A stretch of 49,224 nt of DNA, taken from the IMG/VR virus record IMGVR_UViG_3300050014_000654, positions 1-49,224 of that record; one strand, written 5' to 3'. The translations under genes and the position numbers were made by a program. This document shows positions 1 to 9,401 of this stretch, piece by piece; the stretch's first letter is position 1; each line of letters opens with the position of its first letter. The DNA comes from a virus. Taxonomy: Duplodnaviria > Caudoviricetes. The notes under the pieces are model-generated. The model worked only from the letters and a program-made list of their open reading frames with translations. It made no database searches and had not been told where the DNA came from.

Positions 1-123
1 TAGCGATAGCCTAAACGTGCTACCGTTGCGCTGTTTTGGTGACGCGCGAGCTGGGAAGGTAGGTCGCTTGTGAGGACCGAGAATAACCAGAATCCCAGAG
101 CTTGCTCTGGGAGCATCAATCAA
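1..123 (+). mobile_element. Putative IS200/IS605-family right end / TnpB omegaRNA scaffold (partial, runs off the window start)
   Basis: GAATCCC is followed by a perfect hairpin TCCCAGAGC-TT-GCTCTGGGA (93-112) and TCAA (116-119, repeated at 120-123). Upstream stems CTACC/GGTAG and GGTC/GACC are present, and CTGGGA (51-56) can pair alternatively with TCCCAG (93-98), as in an omegaRNA pseudoknot. No tnpB or tnpA is visible in the window. Confidence 0.5.
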
Positions 124-294
124 ACTATTGAGGATATTCATCAACAATATCGCGACAAGAAAATCACCTTGGAAGAGGCTAACGCGCAAATTAAGACAAT
201 CGAAGTTAGGGAGGCTATGATTTTTAGAATTTCCCAGAAAAAGGTTCTTAACTTCAGAGATAAATCGTTCCTCAGAGCAGTAAAAATGAGATAA
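70..294 (+). CDS. Hypothetical protein, possibly the 3' remnant of a gene interrupted by the IS-like end
   Basis: 74-aa ORF whose 5' part overlaps the hairpin. The portion after ~120 reads like a charged helical protein and stops just before the promoter at 310. Confidence 0.35.
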   Translation: MRTENNQNPRACSGSINQTIEDIHQQYRDKKITLEEANAQIKTIEVREAMIFRISQKKVLNFRDKSFLRAVKMR

Positions 295-309
295 TTCTCT
301 AAATAATCT

Positions 310-337
310 TTGATAAAATCCCCACTTCTCCTACTAT
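310..337 (+). promoter_or_regulatory. Sigma70-like promoter for the glycan cluster
   Basis: TTGATA-16 nt-TACTAT, 4 nt before the ATG at 342, suggesting a near-leaderless transcript. Confidence 0.5.
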
Positions 338-341
338 AAAT

Positions 342-1448
342 ATGCAAAAGCTACTCCTTGAACTGCCCATCAACCAAGTCTCGTTCGGCAAGACGTCCCT
401 CGTCCTGCTTAAAACGGCGTTCGAGCGCGAAAAGGCGGGGACCCTGCCCGTCGATATATCCCTTTTTCCCGTCGGCAACGTCGACTTGTCCGGCGAGACG
501 CCCAATGAGGAGTTTCAACGCTGGTTGCAAACCAAGATTACCAAAGCCTACGAATCGCATTCCCGCGAAACACCGTGCTTTAAACTCTGGCATCTAAACG
601 GATCCCTCCAGTCGTATTCCAACCGGCAAACACTCCTCTCTTTCTATGAGACCGACTCGCCGACGAAGATCGAGCTGAATATCGCCCGCAATAACAACCT
701 CTGCTTCAGTAGCAAATACACATGCGACGTCTTCAAGATTTTTGGTTGCGAGACGAGCTTTTTGCCCCTCGGCTTTGACTCGTATAACTTTAAGAAAATT
801 GACAAACAATACCACACCGACGGTCGCATTGTTTTCAGTCTGACAGGCAAGTTTGAGCACCGCAAGCATCACGCCCGCGCCATTCAGACTTGGGTTAAAA
901 AGTATGGCGGCAACGCCCGCTACGCCCTCCAGTGTGCGACGTGGAACTCGTTTTACTCTGAACAGCAGAATAACGACGCGATTCGACAGGCGTTGAACGG
1001 CGCAGAGAAGCCTTTTAATGTGAGCTTTTATCCCTTTATGCGTGAGGATAGCGTCTTTAATGACTTCCTAAACAGCGTCGATATTGCCTTGGGGGTCTCA
1101 GGCGGCGAAGGATTTGATGTTCCGGTGTTCCAAAGTGTGGCGCTGGGTAAGCACGCGGTCCTTTTGCAGGCACACGCCTACAAGTCATGGGCGACGCCGG
1201 AGATGGTTACGTTTATCGCTCCCAACGGCAAAATCCCAGCCTACGATGACATTTTCTTCAAGCAGGGTCAACCATTCAACCAAGGGAATTTCTTCTCGTG
1301 GTCTGAGGATGACTTTGTTGAGGGGTGCGAGAAAGCCATTAAGCGCGTCGAGGCGAACCGCTTTAATGAAGAAGGGACCAAGATTCAGGAACAATTCTCA
1401 AAGGAAAAGTTCTTGGATAATGTAATCAGACTCTCCCTCCCGGCATAA
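342..1448 (+). CDS. Glycosyltransferase, GT-B fold (GT4-like)
   Basis: GKFEHRKHH motif and C-terminal SGGEGFDVPVFQSVALGK, matching the EGFGLPxxEA consensus. Confidence 0.85.
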   Translation: MQKLLLELPINQVSFGKTSLVLLKTAFEREKAGTLPVDISLFPVGNVDLSGETPNEEFQRWLQTKITKAYESHSRETPCFKLWHLNGSLQSYSNRQTLLSFYETDSPTKIELNIARNNNLCFSSKYTCDVFKIFGCETSFLPLGFDSYNFKKIDKQYHTDGRIVFSLTGKFEHRKHHARAIQTWVKKYGGNARYALQCATWNSFYSEQQNNDAIRQALNGAEKPFNVSFYPFMREDSVFNDFLNSVDIALGVSGGEGFDVPVFQSVALGKHAVLLQAHAYKSWATPEMVTFIAPNGKIPAYDDIFFKQGQPFNQGNFFSWSEDDFVEGCEKAIKRVEANRFNEEGTKIQEQFSKEKFLDNVIRLSLPA

Positions 1449-1449
1449 A

Positions 1450-2139
1450 ATGACACCCCAACTCGCCATCCGGTCATTCAGTAATGACCAGTATATTTTG
1501 GACAAGGTCCTCTATTCTAACTACTACCGCATGAAGGGGTTTCCCGCGAAGGACGACTTCCATCCGGTGGTAGTGGATATCGGGGCGCACGCTGGATACT
1601 TCGCTTTCTCCGCCCTCTCGCTTGGGGCGCGACGCGTGTATTGTGTGGAGCCGTTCCCTGATAATTTCAAGATGCTCCTGAAGAACGTCGGGGAGAATCC
1701 GATTGACGTGTTCGTTCCTTACTTTATGGGGATCAACGAGCGGGAGGATCGTCTTCCAATGAACTATCCTCAACTCTCAAGGGAGAATTACTTTGACTTT
1801 GCGAATATCGACATCAGCCCGGACGCCGCAATGAAGTATCTCGCGCCGATGGTCCCTTTGAATACCTTTTTGCGGGAATACGTTCGCGAGAAGGTGGATT
1901 TATTGAAGATTTCGATTGGGTATAGCGAATTAAGCATCTTGGATGGATCCGAGGCTATTCGTGACGTGCAGAATGTCTGCGGGGAAGCGTTTCTTAAAGA
2001 AGAGGACGTTCCCCGGCTTAATTCAATGATGGCGGATAATGGTTTCCTTTATTCGCGCGTGGACGTTGTAGAGGGGGAGGAAGGTAAAATTCAGTTCTTT
2101 TTTGCAAAAAGTAAATTAACCGACATGTTCGTATTCTAA
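1450..2139 (+). CDS. FkbM-family SAM methyltransferase
   Basis: VVDIGAHAGYF, CVEPFPDNF and VDLLKISI motifs. Confidence 0.85.
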   Translation: MTPQLAIRSFSNDQYILDKVLYSNYYRMKGFPAKDDFHPVVVDIGAHAGYFAFSALSLGARRVYCVEPFPDNFKMLLKNVGENPIDVFVPYFMGINEREDRLPMNYPQLSRENYFDFANIDISPDAAMKYLAPMVPLNTFLREYVREKVDLLKISIGYSELSILDGSEAIRDVQNVCGEAFLKEEDVPRLNSMMADNGFLYSRVDVVEGEEGKIQFFFAKSKLTDMFVF

Positions 2140-2143
2140 GATT

Positions 2144-2587
2144 ATGTTCCCGATTCCCGAAAAACTTTTCAATTACAACATCACTAATGGTGTCATTACC
2201 ATTACGGAGTATATTAGTAAGGACGAAAATCGCATCCTCCTAATCCCGGCTCAAATCCGCACAATTCCCGTTAAGACCATAGCGTCGCACGCCTTCTTTG
2301 GAATGGCGGGAGTCAAAAAGGTTATTGTTGAAAAGGGTATAACCACGATCTCCAGTTTCGCCTTCGCCGATTCACTTATCGAGTATGCAATCATCCCCGC
2401 CACTGTTACGAGCGTCGGCAGCGGCGTATTCGAGAACTGCAAGAATCTCAAAGAAGTCTATTTCCATGGGGATATGCCAAAAATCCACGATCTTGCCTTT
2501 AACAACTGTTCCGCCGACGTCTTCCACGATAAAAACGCCAAAGACTGGGAATTCCTAAATTTGGGACGTCCGATTCACCAATTCTAA
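2144..2587 (+). CDS. BspA-type leucine-rich repeat protein
   Basis: Repeats TIASHAF, TISSFAF, IPATVTSVGSGVFENCKNLKEV and IHDLAFNNC. Confidence 0.8.
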   Translation: MFPIPEKLFNYNITNGVITITEYISKDENRILLIPAQIRTIPVKTIASHAFFGMAGVKKVIVEKGITTISSFAFADSLIEYAIIPATVTSVGSGVFENCKNLKEVYFHGDMPKIHDLAFNNCSADVFHDKNAKDWEFLNLGRPIHQF

Positions 2588-2591
2588 CCTT

Positions 2592-2972
2592 ATGCCCATC
2601 TACACATTTATCAATAAACTCACCGGAGAGACCAAAGACGTCGTTCAAAAAATGAATGAACACCACATCTACTCCGAGGGCGGCGTAGTCTGGGACCGCA
2701 TCTTTGACGTGCCGGAAGCGAATATCGCGGCGTCGATTGACCCGTTTTCGTCTCGGGACTTCATTCAGAAGACCAAGGAGCGCAGCGGCACCATCGGCGA
2801 CCTTTGGGACCAGTCTGCCGAACTCTCAGAGAAGCGGGCGCGCATTATGGGCACTGGCGTGGATCCAGTAAAGGAAAAGGCGGTCTCTTCTTACGAAAAG
2901 AAAACCAAGAAGCCCCACCCGTTTAAGAATGGCGGCGGACCTAAATCCACGCGGGACTTCACCCTTCGCTGA
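2592..2972 (+). CDS. FmdB-like ribbon protein lacking the Cys ligands
   Basis: The N-terminus MPIYTFINKLTGETKDVVQKM resembles MPxYxYxCxxCG. Tight operon spacing. Confidence 0.55.
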   Translation: MPIYTFINKLTGETKDVVQKMNEHHIYSEGGVVWDRIFDVPEANIAASIDPFSSRDFIQKTKERSGTIGDLWDQSAELSEKRARIMGTGVDPVKEKAVSSYEKKTKKPHPFKNGGGPKSTRDFTLR

Positions 2973-2975
2973 CCA

Positions 2976-3719
2976 ATGCAAAAGATTCTAGTAATTGGCG
3001 AGTCTTGCACCGATAGGTTCGTTTACTGTTCTTGCGAGCGTTTATGCCCGGAGGGTCCAGTCCCCGTCCTTAAGATTTTGCGCACGGTGGAGAATCAGGG
3101 GATGGCGGGCAATGTTTACAATAATGTCCTCCATAAGCACTTTAATGCTGACCTTGCCACTAACTCTCAACACGTCCCCATCGTTAAGACTCGTTACGTT
3201 GAGGAGAAAAGCAACCATTTGTTCTTGCGAATCGACTCCGAAGATAAGGTTGACCATATCGAAGGAATGACACTTAAAAACGTCAAACTTCAAGACTATG
3301 ATTGCGTGGTGGTTTCAGACTACAACAAAGGCTATCTTAACGAAACTGATTTAACTCATATCGCCTGCAACAGCAAACTTTCTTTTCTGGATACCAAGAA
3401 GATACTTGGGAGTTGGGCGAGCTATTTCACTTATATAAAAATCAACGACCTCGAATACCAGAAATCGAAGCCTTTTATGCGGGACGATATCCTTTCCAAG
3501 ACAATCATTACCCTTGGCGACCGGGGATGTCAGCTAAACGGGCTTAACTACCCCCTTGAGAATAAGGTTGAGGCGTTGGACGTGAGCGGCGCGGGGGATA
3601 CCTTTTTAGCGGCTTTGGCGGTTGAGTTTATGTGCGGGCGGGATATTACCAATGCAATTTTCGAGGCAAATAGGAGCGCATCGAGGGCGGTCCAAAAGAG
3701 AGGAGTGGTGGTCGCCTAG
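2976..3719 (+). CDS. PfkB/ribokinase-family sugar kinase (HldE/RfaE heptose-7-phosphate kinase domain-like)
   Basis: ILVIGE...RLCPEGPVP, GMAGNV, VSDYNKG and DVSGAGDTFLA motifs. Confidence 0.85.
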   Translation: MQKILVIGESCTDRFVYCSCERLCPEGPVPVLKILRTVENQGMAGNVYNNVLHKHFNADLATNSQHVPIVKTRYVEEKSNHLFLRIDSEDKVDHIEGMTLKNVKLQDYDCVVVSDYNKGYLNETDLTHIACNSKLSFLDTKKILGSWASYFTYIKINDLEYQKSKPFMRDDILSKTIITLGDRGCQLNGLNYPLENKVEALDVSGAGDTFLAALAVEFMCGRDITNAIFEANRSASRAVQKRGVVVA

Positions 3720-3722
3720 TCT

Positions 3723-4307
3723 ATGTCAAACGAAACAGCAAAAGCCAACCAACGTCGGAAGAATAGCTGGGTATATGACAGGGTCTTTTCCGGTAGGGTT
3801 ATAGACATTGGGTGCGGAGACGATATCTTAAACAAGTCTGGAGACTTTAAGAATATTATTTCTGTTACTCCGTTCGATCTTGCTCAAGGTGACGCCCAGT
3901 ATATTAATCTTGCCGTGAAAGAAAACTATGATTGCGTCTATAGCTCGAATTGCTTGGAACACATGGTAGATGTAAAAGTAGCCCTCAAAAATTGGTGGGA
4001 AGTAGTTAAGCCGGGAGGGTATATGGTTTTTACAGTGCCCGATGAGGATTTATACGAGCAGGGGCGTTTTCCCTCTTTATGGAATTTTGACCATAAGTGG
4101 ACCTTTACAATCTATAAAACGAAAAGCTGGACCCCAAAAAGCATAAACATTTTAGACTTAATTAAAGAATTGCACGGAGCCAAAGTCCTTAAAATTGAAT
4201 TAGAAGACCAAAATTACGATTACCGAATAGCTCAGGAATCGGTTTTCTTGGATCAAACTGTTGGTAAAGCAGAATCTTTCATTGAGGTAATATTACAAAA
4301 ATTATGA
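3723..4307 (+). CDS. Class I SAM-dependent methyltransferase
   Basis: IDIGCGDD, YDCVYSSNCLEH and VKPGG motifs. Confidence 0.85.
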   Translation: MSNETAKANQRRKNSWVYDRVFSGRVIDIGCGDDILNKSGDFKNIISVTPFDLAQGDAQYINLAVKENYDCVYSSNCLEHMVDVKVALKNWWEVVKPGGYMVFTVPDEDLYEQGRFPSLWNFDHKWTFTIYKTKSWTPKSINILDLIKELHGAKVLKIELEDQNYDYRIAQESVFLDQTVGKAESFIEVILQKL

Positions 4308-4918
4308 GACCATTAGTTTTCGCTACGGCGTTCGCCAACAATCCCCAGAGATACAACGATTGGATATCTTTCTACAAAGAAAATCTTCCTGAGGTTGATC
4401 TCCTTCTCTCTTATGATGGTCCATCTGACCATTTGGTTCCTACAGACATAAAGACGCTGGAATTTCTTGACTCATTGGGTAAACTATCAGCTTGGGTATT
4501 CCCCGGATGGAAAAGGTCTTTTAAAAACGCACTCGATTTCGCCGTTAAGAATGGGTATTCTAAAATAGCTCATATCGAAAGCGACTGTTATTTAACTCCC
4601 AAGGGTCTGGATAACTTTGTCGCCAATTTGAACTCGCCCGGTTACAAGACTGGCTATTCTCCGACTTATCGTTTCCCCGAGACGGCGATACAAGTTTTTA
4701 ACGATCTATCCGTCGTGGACGTATATAGGGGGCGTTACTCAAACCCAATATATTTTTATGAGAATATTGATTTTGAGCACATGGTTGAGGACAACTTTCA
4801 CCCCACAATTTTCTTAAAAGGCGACCGATTTGAAGACCGCCCAGAGAGAGTGATGTCTGATTTTGATTATTTGGCTCAATGCTCATTAAGTGACTTTAGA
4901 AAATTCTTTCCAAAATGA
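4304..4918 (+). CDS. Hypothetical protein, possibly a divergent GT-A glycosyltransferase
   Basis: ATGA-coupled within the cluster. YDG and HIESD (DxD-like) motifs. Confidence 0.55.
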   Translation: MRPLVFATAFANNPQRYNDWISFYKENLPEVDLLLSYDGPSDHLVPTDIKTLEFLDSLGKLSAWVFPGWKRSFKNALDFAVKNGYSKIAHIESDCYLTPKGLDNFVANLNSPGYKTGYSPTYRFPETAIQVFNDLSVVDVYRGRYSNPIYFYENIDFEHMVEDNFHPTIFLKGDRFEDRPERVMSDFDYLAQCSLSDFRKFFPK

Positions 4919-5586
4919 ACCCAAGATTTGGCATTTGTATTACGACTTGCGATAGAATTGACTATTGGAGGAGGTCGGCGGCGTCTCTTCGGAAAACAGA
5001 TGTTCTCGTCGGCACAAAGATAATCATCTCTGATGACTTCAGTTTGGACCCAGATGTTAGATTGACGTCAGATTCTTTAGTCGGCAACTGGAATGAGGTT
5101 GAAGTAATCAACATTCACAGAAAGGCTCGACTGGGTTCGGCGTCGAACTATAGAGAGACTTTGTCCCTTTTTGACCCAAAGGAGTTTGACGTTATCATTA
5201 ATTTGGACTCAGATGCTTTATATAATCGCTTATGGATGAGGGAGTTAGATGGTCTAATGTCAAAGTATAATTACGACGTAATCGCGAATGTGTTTTTCTG
5301 CGATGACTCGCCGATTTATCCTTGGAATTTCGTAAAAGACGCTGGAGATCATTTTGAGCGAAGTGCATTACATGGGCTAGGCTTATCTTTCCCATCTCGA
5401 TTCCTAACTGAGATTTGCCCTCAAGTGACTGAGGCTAATCATTTTGATCACTGTTTATGCAATTACGCACGGGCGAAACAGATGAAATTTGCCTGCCCTA
5501 AGAAAAGTTACATTGAGCACATTGGGGACCACGGAGTCAACTCACACTCTCGGATTACCTTTGGAACAAATTTCATAGGAGAATAA
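4915..5586 (+). CDS. Glycosyltransferase family 2-like
   Basis: ICITTCDR, IISDDFS, NLDSD (DxD) and IEHIG motifs. Confidence 0.8.
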   Translation: MNPRFGICITTCDRIDYWRRSAASLRKTDVLVGTKIIISDDFSLDPDVRLTSDSLVGNWNEVEVINIHRKARLGSASNYRETLSLFDPKEFDVIINLDSDALYNRLWMRELDGLMSKYNYDVIANVFFCDDSPIYPWNFVKDAGDHFERSALHGLGLSFPSRFLTEICPQVTEANHFDHCLCNYARAKQMKFACPKKSYIEHIGDHGVNSHSRITFGTNFIGE

Positions 5587-5588
5587 CT

Positions 5589-6644
5589 TTGGAAACGAAC
5601 GAACAGCTAACACAAAAATTCAGCAGTTGGGGGGATAAACTTCTCCAGCATACCGACGTTCTATATTCTATCCAAAAGGATAAGAAATTCAAACCTGTAA
5701 CGGTGCAGATTGCTTTAACTGAGGTTTGTAATAGTAGGTGTCCATTTTGTTCTGTCGCCGGGCGACCAGTCTCGTCTCATTTTCCATTCTCTGATTTAGC
5801 TAAGTGCCTGCGCGACTTCAAAGAGCTAGGGGCGAAAAGCGTCGAGATCACCGGAGGGGGAAATCCCCTTCTATATAAGGACTCTGAATCCGGGGCAGAC
5901 GTCAATAATGTCATTGAACTGGCTTTTTCTCTTGGATTTGACATTGGGATTATTACGAACAGTTGCGACCTTAAAAAAATATCTCCCCAGAACTACGACA
6001 AAATCACATGGATGCGCGTAAGCTTAATCCAACTAGACGAAGGTAAGTCTCCCGAGGATTATCATTTTTACGGGTTCCCAATAGAGAAACTTGGATTTAG
6101 CTATATCATTTATGATGGGACCTCCGAGAAGAGCATCCAGAAAATTCTTTGTTTGGTTAATCTCCATCCCGGCATTAAATTCGTACGAATAGCTGGCAAC
6201 TGTCTTGTTAAGGGAAACAACCAGAAGATTAAAGAAAAATACACAAACCTCCTATCCGCCATTGACGCCCACCATAAGATTTTCATTAAAGATATCGGAG
6301 AGAACGATTCTCCATTTAACGACGGCTGTTATATCGGCGCAATCCGTCCATACATCGCCCCCCATCCAAAAGGTATAGGCTATAAATATCAAGTTTATGT
6401 CTGTACAAGCCACGTCCTAAACGACCGTAACTATGACCTTGATTATTCGCTTGGCGAAGTAAGTAACGTCAAAGAAATATGGGAGAACATGAACAATAGT
6501 TTCTCTCAACGCGGCTTCCCATACGAGATCAAAAAAAACTGCGGAAAAAACTGGGATAGTTCCTGTAGGTTCTGCTTCTATTACTTCAATAATAAACTCC
6601 TCCATTCTGTGTCCCAAGAGATGCCAGATAAAAATTTTCCATGA
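5589..6644 (+). CDS. Radical SAM enzyme with a C-terminal SPASM/twitch-like Cys domain
   Basis: CNSRCPFC (CxxxCxxC), ITGGGNP, IITN and C-terminal Cys residues (GCY, VCT, CRFC). TTG start. Confidence 0.85.
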   Translation: METNEQLTQKFSSWGDKLLQHTDVLYSIQKDKKFKPVTVQIALTEVCNSRCPFCSVAGRPVSSHFPFSDLAKCLRDFKELGAKSVEITGGGNPLLYKDSESGADVNNVIELAFSLGFDIGIITNSCDLKKISPQNYDKITWMRVSLIQLDEGKSPEDYHFYGFPIEKLGFSYIIYDGTSEKSIQKILCLVNLHPGIKFVRIAGNCLVKGNNQKIKEKYTNLLSAIDAHHKIFIKDIGENDSPFNDGCYIGAIRPYIAPHPKGIGYKYQVYVCTSHVLNDRNYDLDYSLGEVSNVKEIWENMNNSFSQRGFPYEIKKNCGKNWDSSCRFCFYYFNNKLLHSVSQEMPDKNFP

Positions 6645-7228
6645 TCGTTAACCCATTTATCGAAAAATACTACTCAGAGCGCAACTATACAAACTATCTT
6701 GATCGTAAAGGTAGATACGTTCAAATGGCGCGCGAGTTAGACGAGGTCTTTCAAAAGGTCGAGATTGTAAATCACAAATCTAAAATCCTTGATTTTGGGT
6801 GCGCCGTTGGATTCCTAGTGTCTGCAATGGACGAAATTGGATACTCAAGTGTTTACGGTTACGATATCTCCGAATGGGCAGTCGGCGTAGCCAAATCTAA
6901 TGGCTGTCGAATCTTGAATCAGGTGCGCTCTCAGAGCTTTGATCTTGTGTTCTTCCTAGACGTATTGGAGCACATGACCGACGAACAGATAAGGAAAGAG
7001 TTCTCTCGCAACAAATTCTCCTCATGTATCGTAAGAATACCCTGCGCCGACGAGGGGGAGACTAATTTTCACCTCGAGGCGTCGAAAAAAGATGAAACTC
7101 ACATTAACTGCAAATCCGCTTCAGGCTGGATGAACCTTTTTAAGTCTTTGGGTTATAATAAATTTATTCGTTTGAACTTGAATACGATTTACGACTCTCG
7201 CGGGTGTTTTTGCTATTTAATCTTATGA
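6641..7228 (+). CDS. Class I SAM-dependent methyltransferase
   Basis: ILDFGCAVG, GYDISEWA and DVLEH motifs. Confidence 0.85.
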   Translation: MIVNPFIEKYYSERNYTNYLDRKGRYVQMARELDEVFQKVEIVNHKSKILDFGCAVGFLVSAMDEIGYSSVYGYDISEWAVGVAKSNGCRILNQVRSQSFDLVFFLDVLEHMTDEQIRKEFSRNKFSSCIVRIPCADEGETNFHLEASKKDETHINCKSASGWMNLFKSLGYNKFIRLNLNTIYDSRGCFCYLIL

Positions 7229-7881
7229 TTGAATTATCAAACGTTACAGTAGTCATTGTGGATACGGCGGCTCCAGTTTCGGCTCTAAAAACCCTTTGCC
7301 ACTGTTCAAAGCTTATCAAGTTCGGCGAATCTCTAATTTTAACGTCCGAGGAACTAAAGACTCCAGATGGTATTACATTAAGAAAGATCCCGGAATTAGA
7401 TTACGTTGGATTTAGTAGGTTTATGGTGAATAACCTCAACGAGCACATCAAAACTGAGTTCTGTTTGATAATTCATTGTGATGGGTTTATACTTAATCCC
7501 AACCTATGGAGGGACGAGTTTTTAAAATACGACTATATAGGTGCCCCATGGATAGGGGTCGAGCAAAGTCGAATTGGCAATGGCGGCTTTTGCCTGCGTA
7601 GTAAAAGGTTTCTTGAACTGACGACTAACAACATCAAGGACTACGAAAACTACTCTCATAGTTACCCAGAGCGTAACGAGGACCACTTTCTCTGTAGGAC
7701 AAAATACTCTGTTCTAAAAAATCTTGGGATTAAATTTCCACCGTTAGAGGTTGCCTGTGACTTTTCTCTTGAGGCTGTCATCCCGGAGTGCCCGCGAAAT
7801 TACGATAATGTTTTCGGGTTTCACGGAAAAAATGACTTTACGCTCGCTCTAATGAAGAAAATCCAAGATAACCCCCTATGA
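7225..7881 (+). CDS. DUF5672-like putative glycosyltransferase
   Basis: HCDGF, YDYIGAPW, GNGGFCLRS, NED and FGFHG motifs. The ATG at 7225 overlaps the upstream stop. Confidence 0.8.
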   Translation: MIELSNVTVVIVDTAAPVSALKTLCHCSKLIKFGESLILTSEELKTPDGITLRKIPELDYVGFSRFMVNNLNEHIKTEFCLIIHCDGFILNPNLWRDEFLKYDYIGAPWIGVEQSRIGNGGFCLRSKRFLELTTNNIKDYENYSHSYPERNEDHFLCRTKYSVLKNLGIKFPPLEVACDFSLEAVIPECPRNYDNVFGFHGKNDFTLALMKKIQDNPL

Positions 7882-8531
7882 GTAAAGAACTTGTCATTGC
7901 TGCGTTCGACCGGAATTACGATTGGGTAAATCTTTTGAACCCAGACGTTAAACTCAAAGTTTATACAAAAGGATGGTCCACCAAGCCTGATGAAGAAGTG
8001 ATATTGAATAACGTCGGGCGCGACGTTCACACCTTTTTTTATCATTTGGTTGCAAGGTATGATTCTTTAAGTGATTATACGTTTTTCTCTCAAGATTATT
8101 GCAGGGACCACGTAGCAAACTATCCTGAGATCATCAATTCCGATTTAAACTTTTGGAACGAGCAATGTCAGCAGCATTTTGAGGAGTATTGGTGCTTTTT
8201 TAGTATCCTTGGTCCGTCGACTTGGAATTGGCACTCGGCGTCTCAATTCGGCGGCAACGTTTTATCGTGCGACCAGAACGGATCCCCCAATCATCCCGGA
8301 CTGGTCATTCCTGTAATCTGGAACCAGCTATTTGAAACGCCGTGTCCTCAGGAACTTGAATTCGTTCCCGCTGGACATTTTTGCGTCTCGCGTCAGCAGG
8401 TCCATAAAAGGTCCAAGTCTTTTTACCAACGTGTCTTAAAAATCCTTGAAACAAATCCGCAAGCCCCATGGATCATAGAAAGATTGGAGCCGTATATCTT
8501 TAATCCTATAATAAGAGAGAGCAATGTCTAA
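7878..8531 (+). CDS. DUF3431-like putative glycosyltransferase
   Basis: LVIA, NVGRDVHTFFYHLVARYDSL, FCVSR and IERL motifs. Confidence 0.75.
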   Translation: MSKELVIAAFDRNYDWVNLLNPDVKLKVYTKGWSTKPDEEVILNNVGRDVHTFFYHLVARYDSLSDYTFFSQDYCRDHVANYPEIINSDLNFWNEQCQQHFEEYWCFFSILGPSTWNWHSASQFGGNVLSCDQNGSPNHPGLVIPVIWNQLFETPCPQELEFVPAGHFCVSRQQVHKRSKSFYQRVLKILETNPQAPWIIERLEPYIFNPIIRESNV

Positions 8532-8537
8532 ACTTTT

Positions 8538-9401
8538 ATGAGCGAAATTTCGGTTTTTGGCGCGAGCGGGTTTATTGGGGGTCGTTTTTGTGACTTGTAT
8601 CCAAACGACGTGGTTAAGATCCCGCGAGACTTACGCGACCCCCCGACGTCAAACATTTTGTATTTTATCAGCACGGTAGATAACTACAACATTAACAGCG
8701 ATTTACATTTAGACATTGACACCAATTTAACCGTTCTGATGGATGTTTTGGATAAAGTTAAAGCTAAGAATCGTCCTGCCAGCACGGTAATCAATTTCAT
8801 AAGCTCATGGTTTGTGTATGGGCAAAATAATAGACTTCCTTTTAGCGAAGATTCTGAATGCCATCCGACGGGGTTCTATTCGATTACCAAACGGTGCGCG
8901 GAACAAATGCTAATTTGCTGGTGCAACACTTTTGGCTACAAATATAGGATATTCCGATTGGCAAACGTTTTAGGTGAGGGAGACCAAAAGGTTTCCAAGA
9001 AAAAAAATGCACTCCAATTTTTAATCAACAAAATTGTTCATGGACAGGATATTGAACTTTACCATGGAGGAAAGGTTCTTCGTGACTATATCTATGTTGA
9101 CGATGTTTGCAATGCAATCAGGCTATGCTTGGAGAAGGGTGAGACCAATCAAATCTACAATATTGGAACTGGCGCTCCTTCAAGCATGATAGATATTGTC
9201 AACGAAGCGGTTACTTTGTCTGATTCTAAATCTAAAATACTTCATATATCCCCACCTAATTTCCATAACATAGTGCAGGTGCGAGACGCTTATCTTGACG
9301 TTACCAAGCTATCTGGTCTTGGATTTAAATGTCAGTATAAGATGAGCGATGTTACCAAAAAGCTCGTAAACTATTACATTGGAAAGTCTTATGCCGGATA
9401 A
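8538..9401 (+). CDS. NAD-dependent NDP-sugar epimerase/dehydratase/reductase (extended SDR)
   Basis: GASGFIG, ISSWFVYG, YSITK (YxxxK) and RDYIYVDD motifs. Confidence 0.9.
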   Translation: MSEISVFGASGFIGGRFCDLYPNDVVKIPRDLRDPPTSNILYFISTVDNYNINSDLHLDIDTNLTVLMDVLDKVKAKNRPASTVINFISSWFVYGQNNRLPFSEDSECHPTGFYSITKRCAEQMLICWCNTFGYKYRIFRLANVLGEGDQKVSKKKNALQFLINKIVHGQDIELYHGGKVLRDYIYVDDVCNAIRLCLEKGETNQIYNIGTGAPSSMIDIVNEAVTLSDSKSKILHISPPNFHNIVQVRDAYLDVTKLSGLGFKCQYKMSDVTKKLVNYYIGKSYAG

